In this document: positions 48,091 through 56,486 of the stretch, piece by piece
Position numbering within the stretch: the first letter of the stretch is position 1
Layout: each line of letters opens with the position of its first letter
Assembly (NCBI GenBank): GCA_015058015.1
Contig: SVDM01000004.1
Location: 105,501-169,500, forward strand
Length of the DNA: 64,000 nt
Source of the DNA: Lachnospiraceae bacterium
GTDB lineage: Bacteria > Bacillota > Clostridia > Lachnospirales > Lachnospiraceae
Direction: 5' to 3'
Position numbers and translations under genes: made by a program
Notes under the pieces: generated by a model
Databases searched by the model: none
What the model saw: the letters and a program-made list of their open reading frames with translations, nothing else
What the model was told of the DNA's origin: nothing

Positions 48091-49419
48091 ATGGCATTAA
48101 AAGGTCTTGATATTTTTAAATTAACACCAAAAACAAACTGTAAAGAGTGCGGAAACCCAACATGTATGGCTTTCTCAATGAAGGTTGCTCAGGGTGCCGC
48201 TCAGTTGGACGCATGTCCCCATATTACCGATGACGTAAAGGCTCAGCTCGCTGAGGCTACAGCTCCCCCAATGAAGACCATCAAGGTTGGCGAGCATCAG
48301 CTCGGTGGAGAGACTGTTCTCTGCAGACATGAGAAGACATTCGTAAGCAAGACATTATATGCAGTAGCAATTAATGATGCTATGGATGATGCAACTGTAG
48401 ACGCTAAATTAGAAGGCGTTAAGAAAGTTGATTACGACCGTATCGGTGAGAGAATGTATGTTGAGTTCTTATATGTTAAGCATGAGGACGGAGTTGACGG
48501 AGCTAAGTTCGTTGACCTCGTTAAGAAAGCAGCAGGACTCAGCAGAAACCTTATCCTTGAAGTAGAGGATGCAGACCTTGCTAAGCAGGCAGCTGCAGTA
48601 GCAGGCGGAGATTGCATCATCAACGGTGCTACACCGGCTAACTTTGAGGCTATGAGTGCAGCAGCAACAGAAGCTAAGGCTGTACTTGGCGTTAAGGCTG
48701 GAAGCCTTGATGAATTATATGATACAGTAGCAGCTATCGAGAAGCTTGGTAACAAGAACCTTGTTCTTGATGCTACAGCAGATACAATCAAAGCTACATT
48801 CGAGAACGTAGTTCAGATCAGAAGAGCAGCTTTGAAGAACAACGACAGAACATTCGGATATCCTACAATCGTTAAGGTTGGTAAGCTTGCTAAGGATGAT
48901 GACAAGATGCAGATGGCACTTGCTTCATTATTCACAGTTAAGTATGGTTCAATCGTTGTTATGCAGGATATGACTTACGCTCAGGCTTTACCGGTATTCG
49001 GTTTAAGACAGAACGTATTCACAGATCCTCAGAAGCCGATGACAGTAGAGCCGGGTATCTACCCGATCAACGGTGCTACACCGGACGACATCTGCGCAAC
49101 AACAGTAGACTTCGCACTTACATACTTCGTAGTATCAGGAGAGTTAGAGCGCTCAGGAAAGCCTGTTAACCTTCTTATTTCTGATGCCGGCGGAATGTCA
49201 GTTCTTACTGCTTGGGCAGCTGGTAAGCTCAGTGCTTCTACCATCGCAAAATTCTTCGAGGAGCAGGATATTGCAGGCAAGATTAACAACAGAAAGCTTA
49301 TTATCCCCGGAAAAGTTGCAGTACTTAAGGGTGAGATTGAGGCTAAGCTTCCTGATTGGGAAATCATTGTTGCTCCTAACGAAGCAGTACAGCTTGTTAA
49401 ATTCATGAAGGATTTATAA
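48091..49419 (+). CDS. acsC: Corrinoid iron-sulfur protein large subunit (AcsC)
   Basis: 442 aa. N-terminal [4Fe-4S] motif CKECGNPTCMAFSMKV...C. The C-terminal corrinoid-binding region follows. Confidence 0.92.
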   Translation: MALKGLDIFKLTPKTNCKECGNPTCMAFSMKVAQGAAQLDACPHITDDVKAQLAEATAPPMKTIKVGEHQLGGETVLCRHEKTFVSKTLYAVAINDAMDDATVDAKLEGVKKVDYDRIGERMYVEFLYVKHEDGVDGAKFVDLVKKAAGLSRNLILEVEDADLAKQAAAVAGGDCIINGATPANFEAMSAAATEAKAVLGVKAGSLDELYDTVAAIEKLGNKNLVLDATADTIKATFENVVQIRRAALKNNDRTFGYPTIVKVGKLAKDDDKMQMALASLFTVKYGSIVVMQDMTYAQALPVFGLRQNVFTDPQKPMTVEPGIYPINGATPDDICATTVDFALTYFVVSGELERSGKPVNLLISDAGGMSVLTAWAAGKLSASTIAKFFEEQDIAGKINNRKLIIPGKVAVLKGEIEAKLPDWEIIVAPNEAVQLVKFMKDL

Positions 49420-49448
49420 AATAAACACATATTGAGAGGAGAGTTTCA

Positions 49449-50240
49449 ATGGCAAAATTTATCGTAATTGGAGAAAGAATTTCTACAACAGCTCCATCAA
49501 TCAACAAGGCTTTAACAGAGAGAGATCCTGAGCCTATCGTAAAGAGAGCTAAAGAGCAGATCGCAGCAGGAGCAGCTTACATCGATGTTAACATCGGACC
49601 TGCTGAATCAGATGGTGAGGAGAGAATGAAATGGGCAGTACAGCTCATTCAGTCAGAGTGTGACAACATCCCCCTTGCTCTTGACACATCAAACGCTAAG
49701 GCAATCGAGGCTGGTATCTCTGTTTACAACAGATCAAAAGGAAAACCAATCGTTAACTCTGCAGATGCAGGCGACAGAATTGGTTATATTGATCTTGCAG
49801 CAGCTAACGATGCAATCTGTATCGCACTTTGCTCAAAGGGTGTAGTTGCAGCAGATAATGACGAGCGTATGGCTTTCTTACAGGAGATGCTCGAGAGAGG
49901 ACTTGGACTTGGTATGGAAGCTGAAGACCTCTGGTTTGACCCCTTATTCCTTGTAATCAAAGGAATGCAGGATAAGCAGATGGATATTCTTGAGGCAATC
50001 AAGATGATCAGCGACATGGGACTTAACACAACAGGTGGTCTTTCAAACAATTCAAACGGTATGCCCAAGGAGCTCAGACAGATCTTCGATTCTAACCTCT
50101 TAGCTATGGCTATCATGAACGGATTTACATCTGCTATCGTTAATCCTAACGACAAGAGACTTATGGAGACAGTTCGTGTAACTGATATCATCAGAAACGA
50201 AGTACTCTATGCAGATTCTTGTTTAGATGACTTAAACTAA
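49449..50240 (+). CDS. acsE: Methyltetrahydrofolate:corrinoid/iron-sulfur protein methyltransferase (AcsE)
   Basis: 263 aa pterin-binding barrel (IGERIS, YIDVNIGP, LALDTSN, VNSA). Position follows acsC. Confidence 0.9.
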   Translation: MAKFIVIGERISTTAPSINKALTERDPEPIVKRAKEQIAAGAAYIDVNIGPAESDGEERMKWAVQLIQSECDNIPLALDTSNAKAIEAGISVYNRSKGKPIVNSADAGDRIGYIDLAAANDAICIALCSKGVVAADNDERMAFLQEMLERGLGLGMEAEDLWFDPLFLVIKGMQDKQMDILEAIKMISDMGLNTTGGLSNNSNGMPKELRQIFDSNLLAMAIMNGFTSAIVNPNDKRLMETVRVTDIIRNEVLYADSCLDDLN

Positions 50241-50256
50241 TTAAAGTTTAAATTTA

Positions 50257-50290
50257 GGGCGGGAATGAATATTTCATTCCCGCCTTTTTG
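50257..50290 (+). terminator. Rho-independent terminator after acsE
   Basis: ggcgggaatgaa-tatt-tcattcccgcc hairpin followed by TTTTTG. Confidence 0.85.
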
Positions 50291-50319
50291 TTGGTTTACG
50301 CTATAAAATATGCTATAAT
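50291..50319 (+). promoter_or_regulatory. Candidate extended -10 promoter for DUF3786-RACo
   Basis: TTGGTT, 17 nt spacer ending in TGc, then TATAAT (50314-50319). Confidence 0.5.
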
Positions 50320-50360
50320 CGAACGGTACGAACGATATTAGAAAATGAGGTTAACATTAT

Positions 50361-50999
50361 ATGAACGTTGATGAAAAGAATAACAAAGATCGACTCCCCT
50401 TTGAACATTACAAAGGTCTTTACGAGAAGATGGACCCGGAAGAAGCGGCTGCTCGTTGCAGAGTTCCTTATGATCCTGAGACTCACGAATTTACAATAAC
50501 ACTTATGAACAAGAAATATAAGGTATCGCACCCCGATTACGTCATTACTCCCGTGGAGGATGACGGAACTTATCATGCCCTTACTTCTTACAATCCGGCA
50601 GAGATTCTGATTCTTCGTTATCTCCTTGAAGGTGTTAACAAGGATTGTACCGGAGAGAAGAAGGCTTATGCAGATATGCCTTGGGGCGAGGTGTATTTGC
50701 AGCAGTTTTCAGGGAGATGTCTCGCGAGACTTGCTTACGGTTTCGGATATAAGTTAGACAAGTTTGCAGAGGCTATGGAAAAGATGGGAGCAGAGAAGGT
50801 TGATATGGGAGATGTAGCTTATAAGCTTGAATTCCTTAACAATCTTTACCTCTATTTTATTCTTTGGGGTCCGGATGATGAGTTTCCACCTTCATCCCAG
50901 ATACTTTTTTCAGATAACTTTGAATGTGCATTTAAGGCAGAGGATATGGCGGTTGTGGGCGACATATCTATCGGAGCTATGAAGCAGGTATCACAATAA
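50361..50999 (+). CDS. DUF3786-like protein commonly linked to acs clusters
   Basis: 212 aa. The call rests on position between acsE and the RACo gene and on general resemblance to this family. No catalytic motif recognised. Confidence 0.65.
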   Translation: MNVDEKNNKDRLPFEHYKGLYEKMDPEEAAARCRVPYDPETHEFTITLMNKKYKVSHPDYVITPVEDDGTYHALTSYNPAEILILRYLLEGVNKDCTGEKKAYADMPWGEVYLQQFSGRCLARLAYGFGYKLDKFAEAMEKMGAEKVDMGDVAYKLEFLNNLYLYFILWGPDDEFPPSSQILFSDNFECAFKAEDMAVVGDISIGAMKQVSQ

Positions 51000-51048
51000 C
51001 AGCTGTCATAGCACATGGGAAGAGTAATTGATTTTAGGAGGAACTGAT

Positions 51049-52848
51049 ATGGGGTTTACAATTAAGTTTATTCCAAACAATGTTACCGTTACTGTAGATG
51101 ACGGAACTACCATTCTTGACGCTCAGATTAAAGCGGGTCTTGTGCCGGACGCACCATGCGGAGGCAAGGGCACTTGCGGCAAGTGTCTGGTTAACGTTAC
51201 CGAGAGCAAGGAAATCTCAGGTATAGTTAAAGCGTGTCAGATCAAGATTCACGAGGACATGACAGTGGATCTTATTAACGTGCCTAAAGGGTATAACTTA
51301 CTTACCCAGGGTGTAGAAAGAGAGATTGACATCAATCCCGGACTTAAATCTGTTGATGTTACGGTTAAAGAATGCATTATCGGCGATAATCGCTCTGATT
51401 GGGAAAGACTGAAAGATGCGGTGGCTGAACGTGTCGCCATTAATGAGAAAGCAATCCCGCCTAACATTAGGGTGGTAGCAGATTTATACAATGTTTTGCA
51501 GGATAATGATTACAAGGTAAATGTCATTGTTTTCAATGATGAGATCCTTGAAGTAAGAGCGGAGAACAAGCCTATATATATTGTGGCTTTTGATATCGGA
51601 ACTACCTCTGTAGTCGGATATTTACTGGATGCTGCAACCGGCAAGGAGCTTGCTGTTGCCAGCATGTTAAATCCCCAGGCTCAGTTTGGAGCAGACGTTA
51701 TTCAGCGTTCAAACTATGCTATAGAGCATGGCACTAAAGAATTGGCTGATGCTATTAGGGGAGCACTTAATCAGCTTATTGAAAAGGTATGCAAGAAGGC
51801 AAAGATTGATGTTACTGATGTTTACGCAGTAAACCTGGTAGGTAATACCTGTATGAATCATCTCTTCTTTGGCATTACACCGGGAGCTCTGGTTCATTCA
51901 CCTTACAATCCGTCCTTAAGTGAGACTGTTCACTGCAATGCCGGTCATGTGGGAATTAAGATTAACCCGGTGGGTAAGCTTACCTTCTTATCCAACATTG
52001 CAGGATTTGTAGGCGCTGACACGGTGGGTGTTCTTCTGGCGACGGGATTTGACGAGATAGAGCCCATCACTTTAGCCATCGATATCGGTACAAACGGAGA
52101 GCTGGTACTTGGCAATAAAGACAGGGCTATTACATGTTCTACTGCAGCCGGTCCTGCTTTTGAAGGGGCTAAAATTGAATGTGGTATGAGAGGCTCTGAG
52201 GGAGCAATTGACCATTTACAGGTTAACGGAACCAATCTGGAGATGTCGGTTATTGGAGATAAGAAGCCCATTGGAATATGCGGTTCCGGTCTGATGGATA
52301 TAATATGCATTATGATTGAAACCGGTATCGTGGACGAGGGCGGAAGAATCGTTGATGAGGACGAACTTACAACTGATTTTGCCAAGGCAAATGCAGGCAG
52401 AATCACTGAGATTGACGGCAAGAAGGCCTTCGTTCTTGCGGATAAAGATGCAAGTGGCAACGGTGAGCCGGTGTTCATCGGTCAAAAAGATGTGCGAGAA
52501 GTACAACTTGCCAAGGGCGCTATGGCTGCAGGTATTGAACTTATGTCTAAACAGTTGGGAATTCAGACTGAAGATATTAAGCAGGTTATGATAGCGGGAG
52601 CCTTTGGTAATTACATGGATCCCCACAGTGCTTGTGCTATAGGACTCATTCCTAGGGAACTGGAAGATCGAATAATTCCTATTGGTAACGCTGCGGGTGA
52701 GGGCTCAAAGATTGCGGCTCTTTCCAGAAAAGAATGTGAGCGTTCACAGCGGATGGCAAAGCATACGGAGTTTCTTGAACTGGCCACGGATCCTGATTTT
52801 CAGGATTGCTTTGTAGACCAATTAGAGTTTCCTGAACAGGACCAATAA
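51049..52848 (+). CDS. Corrinoid activation/regeneration protein (RACo/AcsV type: [2Fe-2S] ferredoxin domain plus ASKHA ATPase domain)
   Basis: ATG 51049 follows AGGAGG. Plant-type ferredoxin motif CGGKGTCGKC...C. ASKHA-like segments are VAFDIGTTSV, LAIDIGTNGE and GICGSG. Confidence 0.85.
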   Translation: MGFTIKFIPNNVTVTVDDGTTILDAQIKAGLVPDAPCGGKGTCGKCLVNVTESKEISGIVKACQIKIHEDMTVDLINVPKGYNLLTQGVEREIDINPGLKSVDVTVKECIIGDNRSDWERLKDAVAERVAINEKAIPPNIRVVADLYNVLQDNDYKVNVIVFNDEILEVRAENKPIYIVAFDIGTTSVVGYLLDAATGKELAVASMLNPQAQFGADVIQRSNYAIEHGTKELADAIRGALNQLIEKVCKKAKIDVTDVYAVNLVGNTCMNHLFFGITPGALVHSPYNPSLSETVHCNAGHVGIKINPVGKLTFLSNIAGFVGADTVGVLLATGFDEIEPITLAIDIGTNGELVLGNKDRAITCSTAAGPAFEGAKIECGMRGSEGAIDHLQVNGTNLEMSVIGDKKPIGICGSGLMDIICIMIETGIVDEGGRIVDEDELTTDFAKANAGRITEIDGKKAFVLADKDASGNGEPVFIGQKDVREVQLAKGAMAAGIELMSKQLGIQTEDIKQVMIAGAFGNYMDPHSACAIGLIPRELEDRIIPIGNAAGEGSKIAALSRKECERSQRMAKHTEFLELATDPDFQDCFVDQLEFPEQDQ

Positions 52849-52895
52849 TGTAAAATATTATATGGTACGAGAGTACAAAAATTAAGTCATTTATC

Positions 52896-52912
52896 GGTTG
52901 AATTGTTCAACC
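52896..52912 (+). promoter_or_regulatory. Perfect 17-bp palindrome GGTTGAA-TTG-TTCAACC immediately upstream of a promoter (candidate operator)
   Basis: Read directly from the sequence. It ends 8 nt before the -35 hexamer at 52920. Confidence 0.35.
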
Positions 52913-52919
52913 AATTTCA

Positions 52920-52948
52920 TTGACATTTGCATTTCTATGCCTTAAAAT
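52920..52948 (+). promoter_or_regulatory. Candidate sigma-A promoter for the methyltransferase/corrinoid protein pair
   Basis: TTGACA, 17 nt spacer, TAAAAT. Confidence 0.5.
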
Positions 52949-53054
52949 AATTAAGGTAAGACCATAGAATAGTATGGTTATGTGGTTTTTCTAAGATCTA
53001 TTTTTATTTAAAATGATAATTAAAGATAGAAGTGAAACAAGGAGGATATTTTAA

Positions 53055-53861
53055 ATGATTATCATTGGAGAGAAAATTAACGGTTCTATTCCTTCAGTAG
53101 CTAAAGCTATTGCTGAGAAAGACGGAGATTTCATCAAGAACCTCGCAAAGATCCAGACAGAGGCTAATGCAACATACATCGACGTTTGTGCATCAGTTGA
53201 AGAGGACATCGAGGTTGAGACTATGAAATGGCTCATTGACTTAGTACAGGAGGTTACTGACACACCTATCGCAGTAGATAGCCCAAGTGCTAAGGTTTGC
53301 GTAGAAGCGATGAAATTCTGTAATAAGCCCGGACTTATTAACTCAGTATCAATGGAAGGCGATAAGGTTGAGACAGTATTCCCTGTTATCGCTGATACAG
53401 AGTGGGAGTGCTGTGCATTACTTTGTGACGACACAGGAATTCCTCAGACAGCAGAGAAGCGTTTATCAGTATTCGCTGACTTAATGGCTAAGGCTAAGGA
53501 ATATAACATTGACCCCAGCCGTCTTCACATCGATCCCCTTATCGAGATGCTTTGTACAGCAGAAGATGGAATTAACATGGTAACAAGTGTTATGGAAGAG
53601 ATTAAGAGACAGTATCCTACAATCCATATTACAGGTGCAGTATCAAATATTTCTTTCAACCTTCCTGTTAGAAAGATTCTTAACCAGGCATTCACAGTTC
53701 TTTCAATGAATTCCGGTCTTGATAGTGCAATCTTCGATCCTACCAACAGAGATCTTATCGGTCTTATCTATGCTACAGAGGCTATGCTTGGTATGGATGA
53801 TTACTGCATGGAGTACATCAGTGCTTATCGTGACGGACTTTTCGGACCCGTACAGAAATAA
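53055..53861 (+). CDS. Pterin-binding methyltransferase (methylcorrinoid:tetrahydrofolate methyltransferase type, AcsE/MtrH-like paralogue)
   Basis: 268 aa. IGEKINGSIPSV, YIDVCASV, IAVDSPS and INSVS are collinear with AcsE at 49449. Confidence 0.85.
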   Translation: MIIIGEKINGSIPSVAKAIAEKDGDFIKNLAKIQTEANATYIDVCASVEEDIEVETMKWLIDLVQEVTDTPIAVDSPSAKVCVEAMKFCNKPGLINSVSMEGDKVETVFPVIADTEWECCALLCDDTGIPQTAEKRLSVFADLMAKAKEYNIDPSRLHIDPLIEMLCTAEDGINMVTSVMEEIKRQYPTIHITGAVSNISFNLPVRKILNQAFTVLSMNSGLDSAIFDPTNRDLIGLIYATEAMLGMDDYCMEYISAYRDGLFGPVQK

Positions 53862-53904
53862 TTTAATAAATAATTGATTTAAGATTTTTACATTACGTAA
53901 GATA

Positions 53905-53945
53905 CCTATGCTGCTGTTTCGCCAAATAGCAGCGGCATAGTTTTC
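53905..53945 (+). terminator. Hairpin with a short T-run between the methyltransferase and corrinoid protein genes (attenuator or partial terminator)
   Basis: ctatgctgctg / cagcggcatag stem (one G-U) followed by TTTTC. Confidence 0.4.
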
Positions 53946-53998
53946 TTAAATAAAAACCTATAAGGGAATTATTTAACTAAACAAAGGAGGACAATAAT

Positions 53999-54631
53999 AT
54001 GTCAAAAATTGATGAAATCGCTGCTGCTGTAGAAGCAGGAAAAGCAAAAATCGTAGGCGGACTTGTAGAGGAAGCTATCAAAGAGGGATGCGATCCCACA
54101 GAAATCCTTAACGTTGGTATGATCGACGCTATGGGTGTTGTAGGTGATAAGTTCAAGAAAAACGAGATCTTCGTACCTGAGATGCTTGTTGCAGCTCGTG
54201 CTATGAAGAAGGGTGTTGAGGTTCTTAAGCCCCATTTGGCAGGAGATAGCTCAGCTACAATCGGAAAATACATCATCGGAACAGTTGCAGGTGACCTTCA
54301 TGATATCGGAAAGAACCTTGTAGCTATGATGATCGAGTCTGCAGGCTTCGAAGTAATCGACCTTGGTGTTGATGTACCTGCTGAGAAGTTTGTTGAGGCT
54401 ATCAAAGAAAACCCAGATTGTAAGGTAGTTGGTGTATCTGCACTTCTTACAACAACAATGCCTGCTATGAAGGATACTGTTAAGGCTATCATCGATGCAG
54501 GATTACAGAGCCAGGTTAAGATCATGGTTGGTGGAGCTCCTATTACTCAGGAGTTCGCTGATGAGATCGGCGCTGACGCTTATACACAGGACGCAGCTTC
54601 AGCAGCTCAGGTTGCTAAGACTTTAGTATAA
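53999..54631 (+). CDS. Cobalamin-binding corrinoid protein (B12-binding domain with N-terminal helical cap)
   Basis: 210 aa. DxHxxG motif (GDLHDIGKN), plus SALLTTT and MVGGAP. Confidence 0.9.
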   Translation: MSKIDEIAAAVEAGKAKIVGGLVEEAIKEGCDPTEILNVGMIDAMGVVGDKFKKNEIFVPEMLVAARAMKKGVEVLKPHLAGDSSATIGKYIIGTVAGDLHDIGKNLVAMMIESAGFEVIDLGVDVPAEKFVEAIKENPDCKVVGVSALLTTTMPAMKDTVKAIIDAGLQSQVKIMVGGAPITQEFADEIGADAYTQDAASAAQVAKTLV

Positions 54632-54657
54632 TCTGTGTAGATTAATCAGTATTTCTA

Positions 54658-54695
54658 AGAACCGGGGAAGTTTTCCCCGGTTCTTTTGCTTTTTG
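54658..54695 (+). terminator. Rho-independent terminator after the corrinoid protein gene
   Basis: agaaccgggga-agtt-tccccggttct hairpin followed by TTTGCTTTTT. Confidence 0.85.
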
Positions 54696-54848
54696 GGCGC
54701 ATAAGTATACAGTGTAAAATAAATCAAAAATGAGATTAAACATTGTATAAAAAACGTTTATTTATTAGAGATTACGTGCTATAATAACATGGTATGTTTT
54801 TGGAATAAATATGCATAATTTTTGTAAAGTGTAAGAGGGGATGAGCAG

Positions 54849-55355
54849 ATGACAACGGAGCACAAACATGAGCATGGACATGAGCATGAGCATGAACACG
54901 GTCACGACCATGGACATGTACACAGCCACGAACATTCCCATTACCACGAGCATAGTCATGAACATGAACACGATCACGGACATTCACATAGCCATGAGGA
55001 GATGTGTGATCACAGCCATGGAGAGGGTGAGGCACATACACATGTATTAGAGGATGGTACAATTATTACCCATACTCATCACGGACATCACCATTCAAAG
55101 GACCATATCAAGGCTGTATCCAACAGATTGGCGAGAGCTATCGGTCATCTTGAGTCCGTTAAGAGAATGGTTGAGGATGACAGAGATTGCTCAGAAGTAC
55201 TTATACAGCTGGCCGCTGTTAAGTCGGCAATTAATAATACAGGTAAGGTTATTCTTCAGGAGCATATTAAACATTGCGTTATTGATGCGGTGGAGCATGA
55301 TGATGATGAATCTCTTGAAGAATTATACAAGGCAATAGATAAGTTTATGAAGTGA
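54849..55355 (+). CDS. CsoR/RcnR/InrS-family metal-sensing repressor (DUF156 core) with a ~80-residue His-rich N-terminal extension
   Basis: 168 aa. Residues 1-82 are dominated by HEH/HGH/HSH repeats. The core NRLARAIGHLESVKRMVEDDRDCSEVLIQLAAVKSAINNTGKVILQEHIKHC has Cys114, His139 and Cys143 (spacing C-25-H-4-C). Confidence 0.8.
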   Translation: MTTEHKHEHGHEHEHEHGHDHGHVHSHEHSHYHEHSHEHEHDHGHSHSHEEMCDHSHGEGEAHTHVLEDGTIITHTHHGHHHSKDHIKAVSNRLARAIGHLESVKRMVEDDRDCSEVLIQLAAVKSAINNTGKVILQEHIKHCVIDAVEHDDDESLEELYKAIDKFMK

Positions 55356-55361
55356 GCGATA

Positions 55362-55520
55362 TGGGGACGAAAGGTCTTACAGCGATTGTGCTTGCACAAA
55401 GAGATGAAAGACTTTTCGGGCCTAACGTACATGAGCATGTAGCCCGATAGGGCGGAATGTGAATGTATGTCGAATCGTGAGAGTTGTATGCAACGGAACG
55501 ATTCGAAGTATCGCGATAGG
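55362..55520 (+). repeat. Unclassified structured intergenic element, locus B (same family as 46621-46846)
   Basis: Outer stem cgaaaggtctt / aagacttttcg. Apical tgtg-CTTG-caca. The conserved linker 55431-55470 is 36/40 identical to locus A. 3' hairpin tcgaatcg ... cgattcga with inner gttg-tatg-caac. Confidence 0.5.
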
Positions 55521-55559
55521 GAACGCATATCAACAATATTTATAAAGGAGGTACCCCAT

Positions 55560-55877
55560 ATGTGCGAAGGCAATAGAATTACCAGCAACTGTGAGGCGGC
55601 AGGCCATGACTGCAGTCATTGCGCAGACAGCGACGGTGCAGGTGGATGTGCACATTCAACCAATGATGCTCCGGCTCAAAGAACCATGGAAGATTACCTG
55701 GACCTTACTTATAAGCAGAATCAGGTAATAGCGCTTAAACTTGATGCATATGCCAAGGACCTTCGTAAAGCAGGAAGGAACGATGTGGCAGATCAGTTAA
55801 CCAGAGCCATTCCTGAGTTCGAAAAGGGGAATATGTATATTAATCTTGCAAAGTCAATGTTGCAGGAGAGATTTTAG
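55560..55877 (+). CDS. Small Cys/His-rich putative metal-binding protein
   Basis: ATG 55560 lies 7-8 nt after aaggagg; the track ORF start at 55467 lies inside the structured element and has no RBS. The N-terminus is MCEGNRITSNCEAAGHDCSHCADSDGAGGCAH. The C-terminal helical part resembles that of the next protein. Confidence 0.55.
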   Translation: MCEGNRITSNCEAAGHDCSHCADSDGAGGCAHSTNDAPAQRTMEDYLDLTYKQNQVIALKLDAYAKDLRKAGRNDVADQLTRAIPEFEKGNMYINLAKSMLQERF

Positions 55878-55928
55878 ATTGAGAGAATAACTGTTCAGGG
55901 AACAGATAAAGTATAAGGAGGCTTTACT

Positions 55929-56459
55929 ATGAGCGAGCACAATCACGACCATGAATGCTGCCATGAGCATTCACACGAACACACACATGAGCACGGACAT
56001 TGTCACGAGCATACACATGAGCACGGACATACCCATGATCATGAGCATACCCACGATCATGAACACCTTCATACACATGAGCATACACATGCAGATGGAA
56101 CAACACATGAGCACGGACATGTACATCATCACACCCATGAGCACACAGGTGACCATGATCATGTAGATGCAGGACATGCACATACACATGACGGTGAACA
56201 TGGACATGACCATGAGCACGGACATCCACATACACATGATCATTCTCATGGAGAGAAGAAGGATTCTAATGTGGCGCTTCTTGCTTATATGTTAGATCAT
56301 AATGAGCACCATGCCGAAGAGCTGGTTGGAGTAGCTGACAAGTTGAAAGAAGCAGGATTCGACGTTCCCGCGGGCGAAATAATGGAAGGCGTTGAGTTCT
56401 TTAAGCAGGGCAATGCAAAGCTTGCAAAGGCTTTGGAAGTAATAAAAGCGCACAACTAA
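55929..56459 (+). CDS. Histidine-rich putative nickel/cobalt-binding protein (His-rich N-terminus plus helical C-terminal domain)
   Basis: 176 aa with an aaggagg RBS. About 110 residues of HEH/HTH/HDH repeats including a CC and a further C, then a non-repetitive helical domain (LLAYMLDHNEHHAEELVGVADKLKEAG...GNAKLAKALEVIK). Confidence 0.7.
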   Translation: MSEHNHDHECCHEHSHEHTHEHGHCHEHTHEHGHTHDHEHTHDHEHLHTHEHTHADGTTHEHGHVHHHTHEHTGDHDHVDAGHAHTHDGEHGHDHEHGHPHTHDHSHGEKKDSNVALLAYMLDHNEHHAEELVGVADKLKEAGFDVPAGEIMEGVEFFKQGNAKLAKALEVIKAHN

Positions 56460-56486
56460 GATTCACACTAATCGGAGGTGGCAAAT

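Noticed and set aside
54765-55062. Alternative-frame and antisense ORFs over the His-rich part of the CsoR-like gene (54765-54983 -, 54772-55062 -, 54868-55050 +).
   Set aside because: They are artefacts of the CAT/CAC/GAG codon repeats, which stay open in several frames. Only the 54849 frame continues into a recognisable DUF156 domain and has a start context.
55927-56249. Alternative-frame and antisense ORFs over the His-rich protein gene (55927-56235 -, 55951-56166 +, 55971-56249 -).
   Set aside because: Same codon-repeat artefact. The 55929 frame has an AGGAGG RBS and a non-repetitive C-terminal domain.
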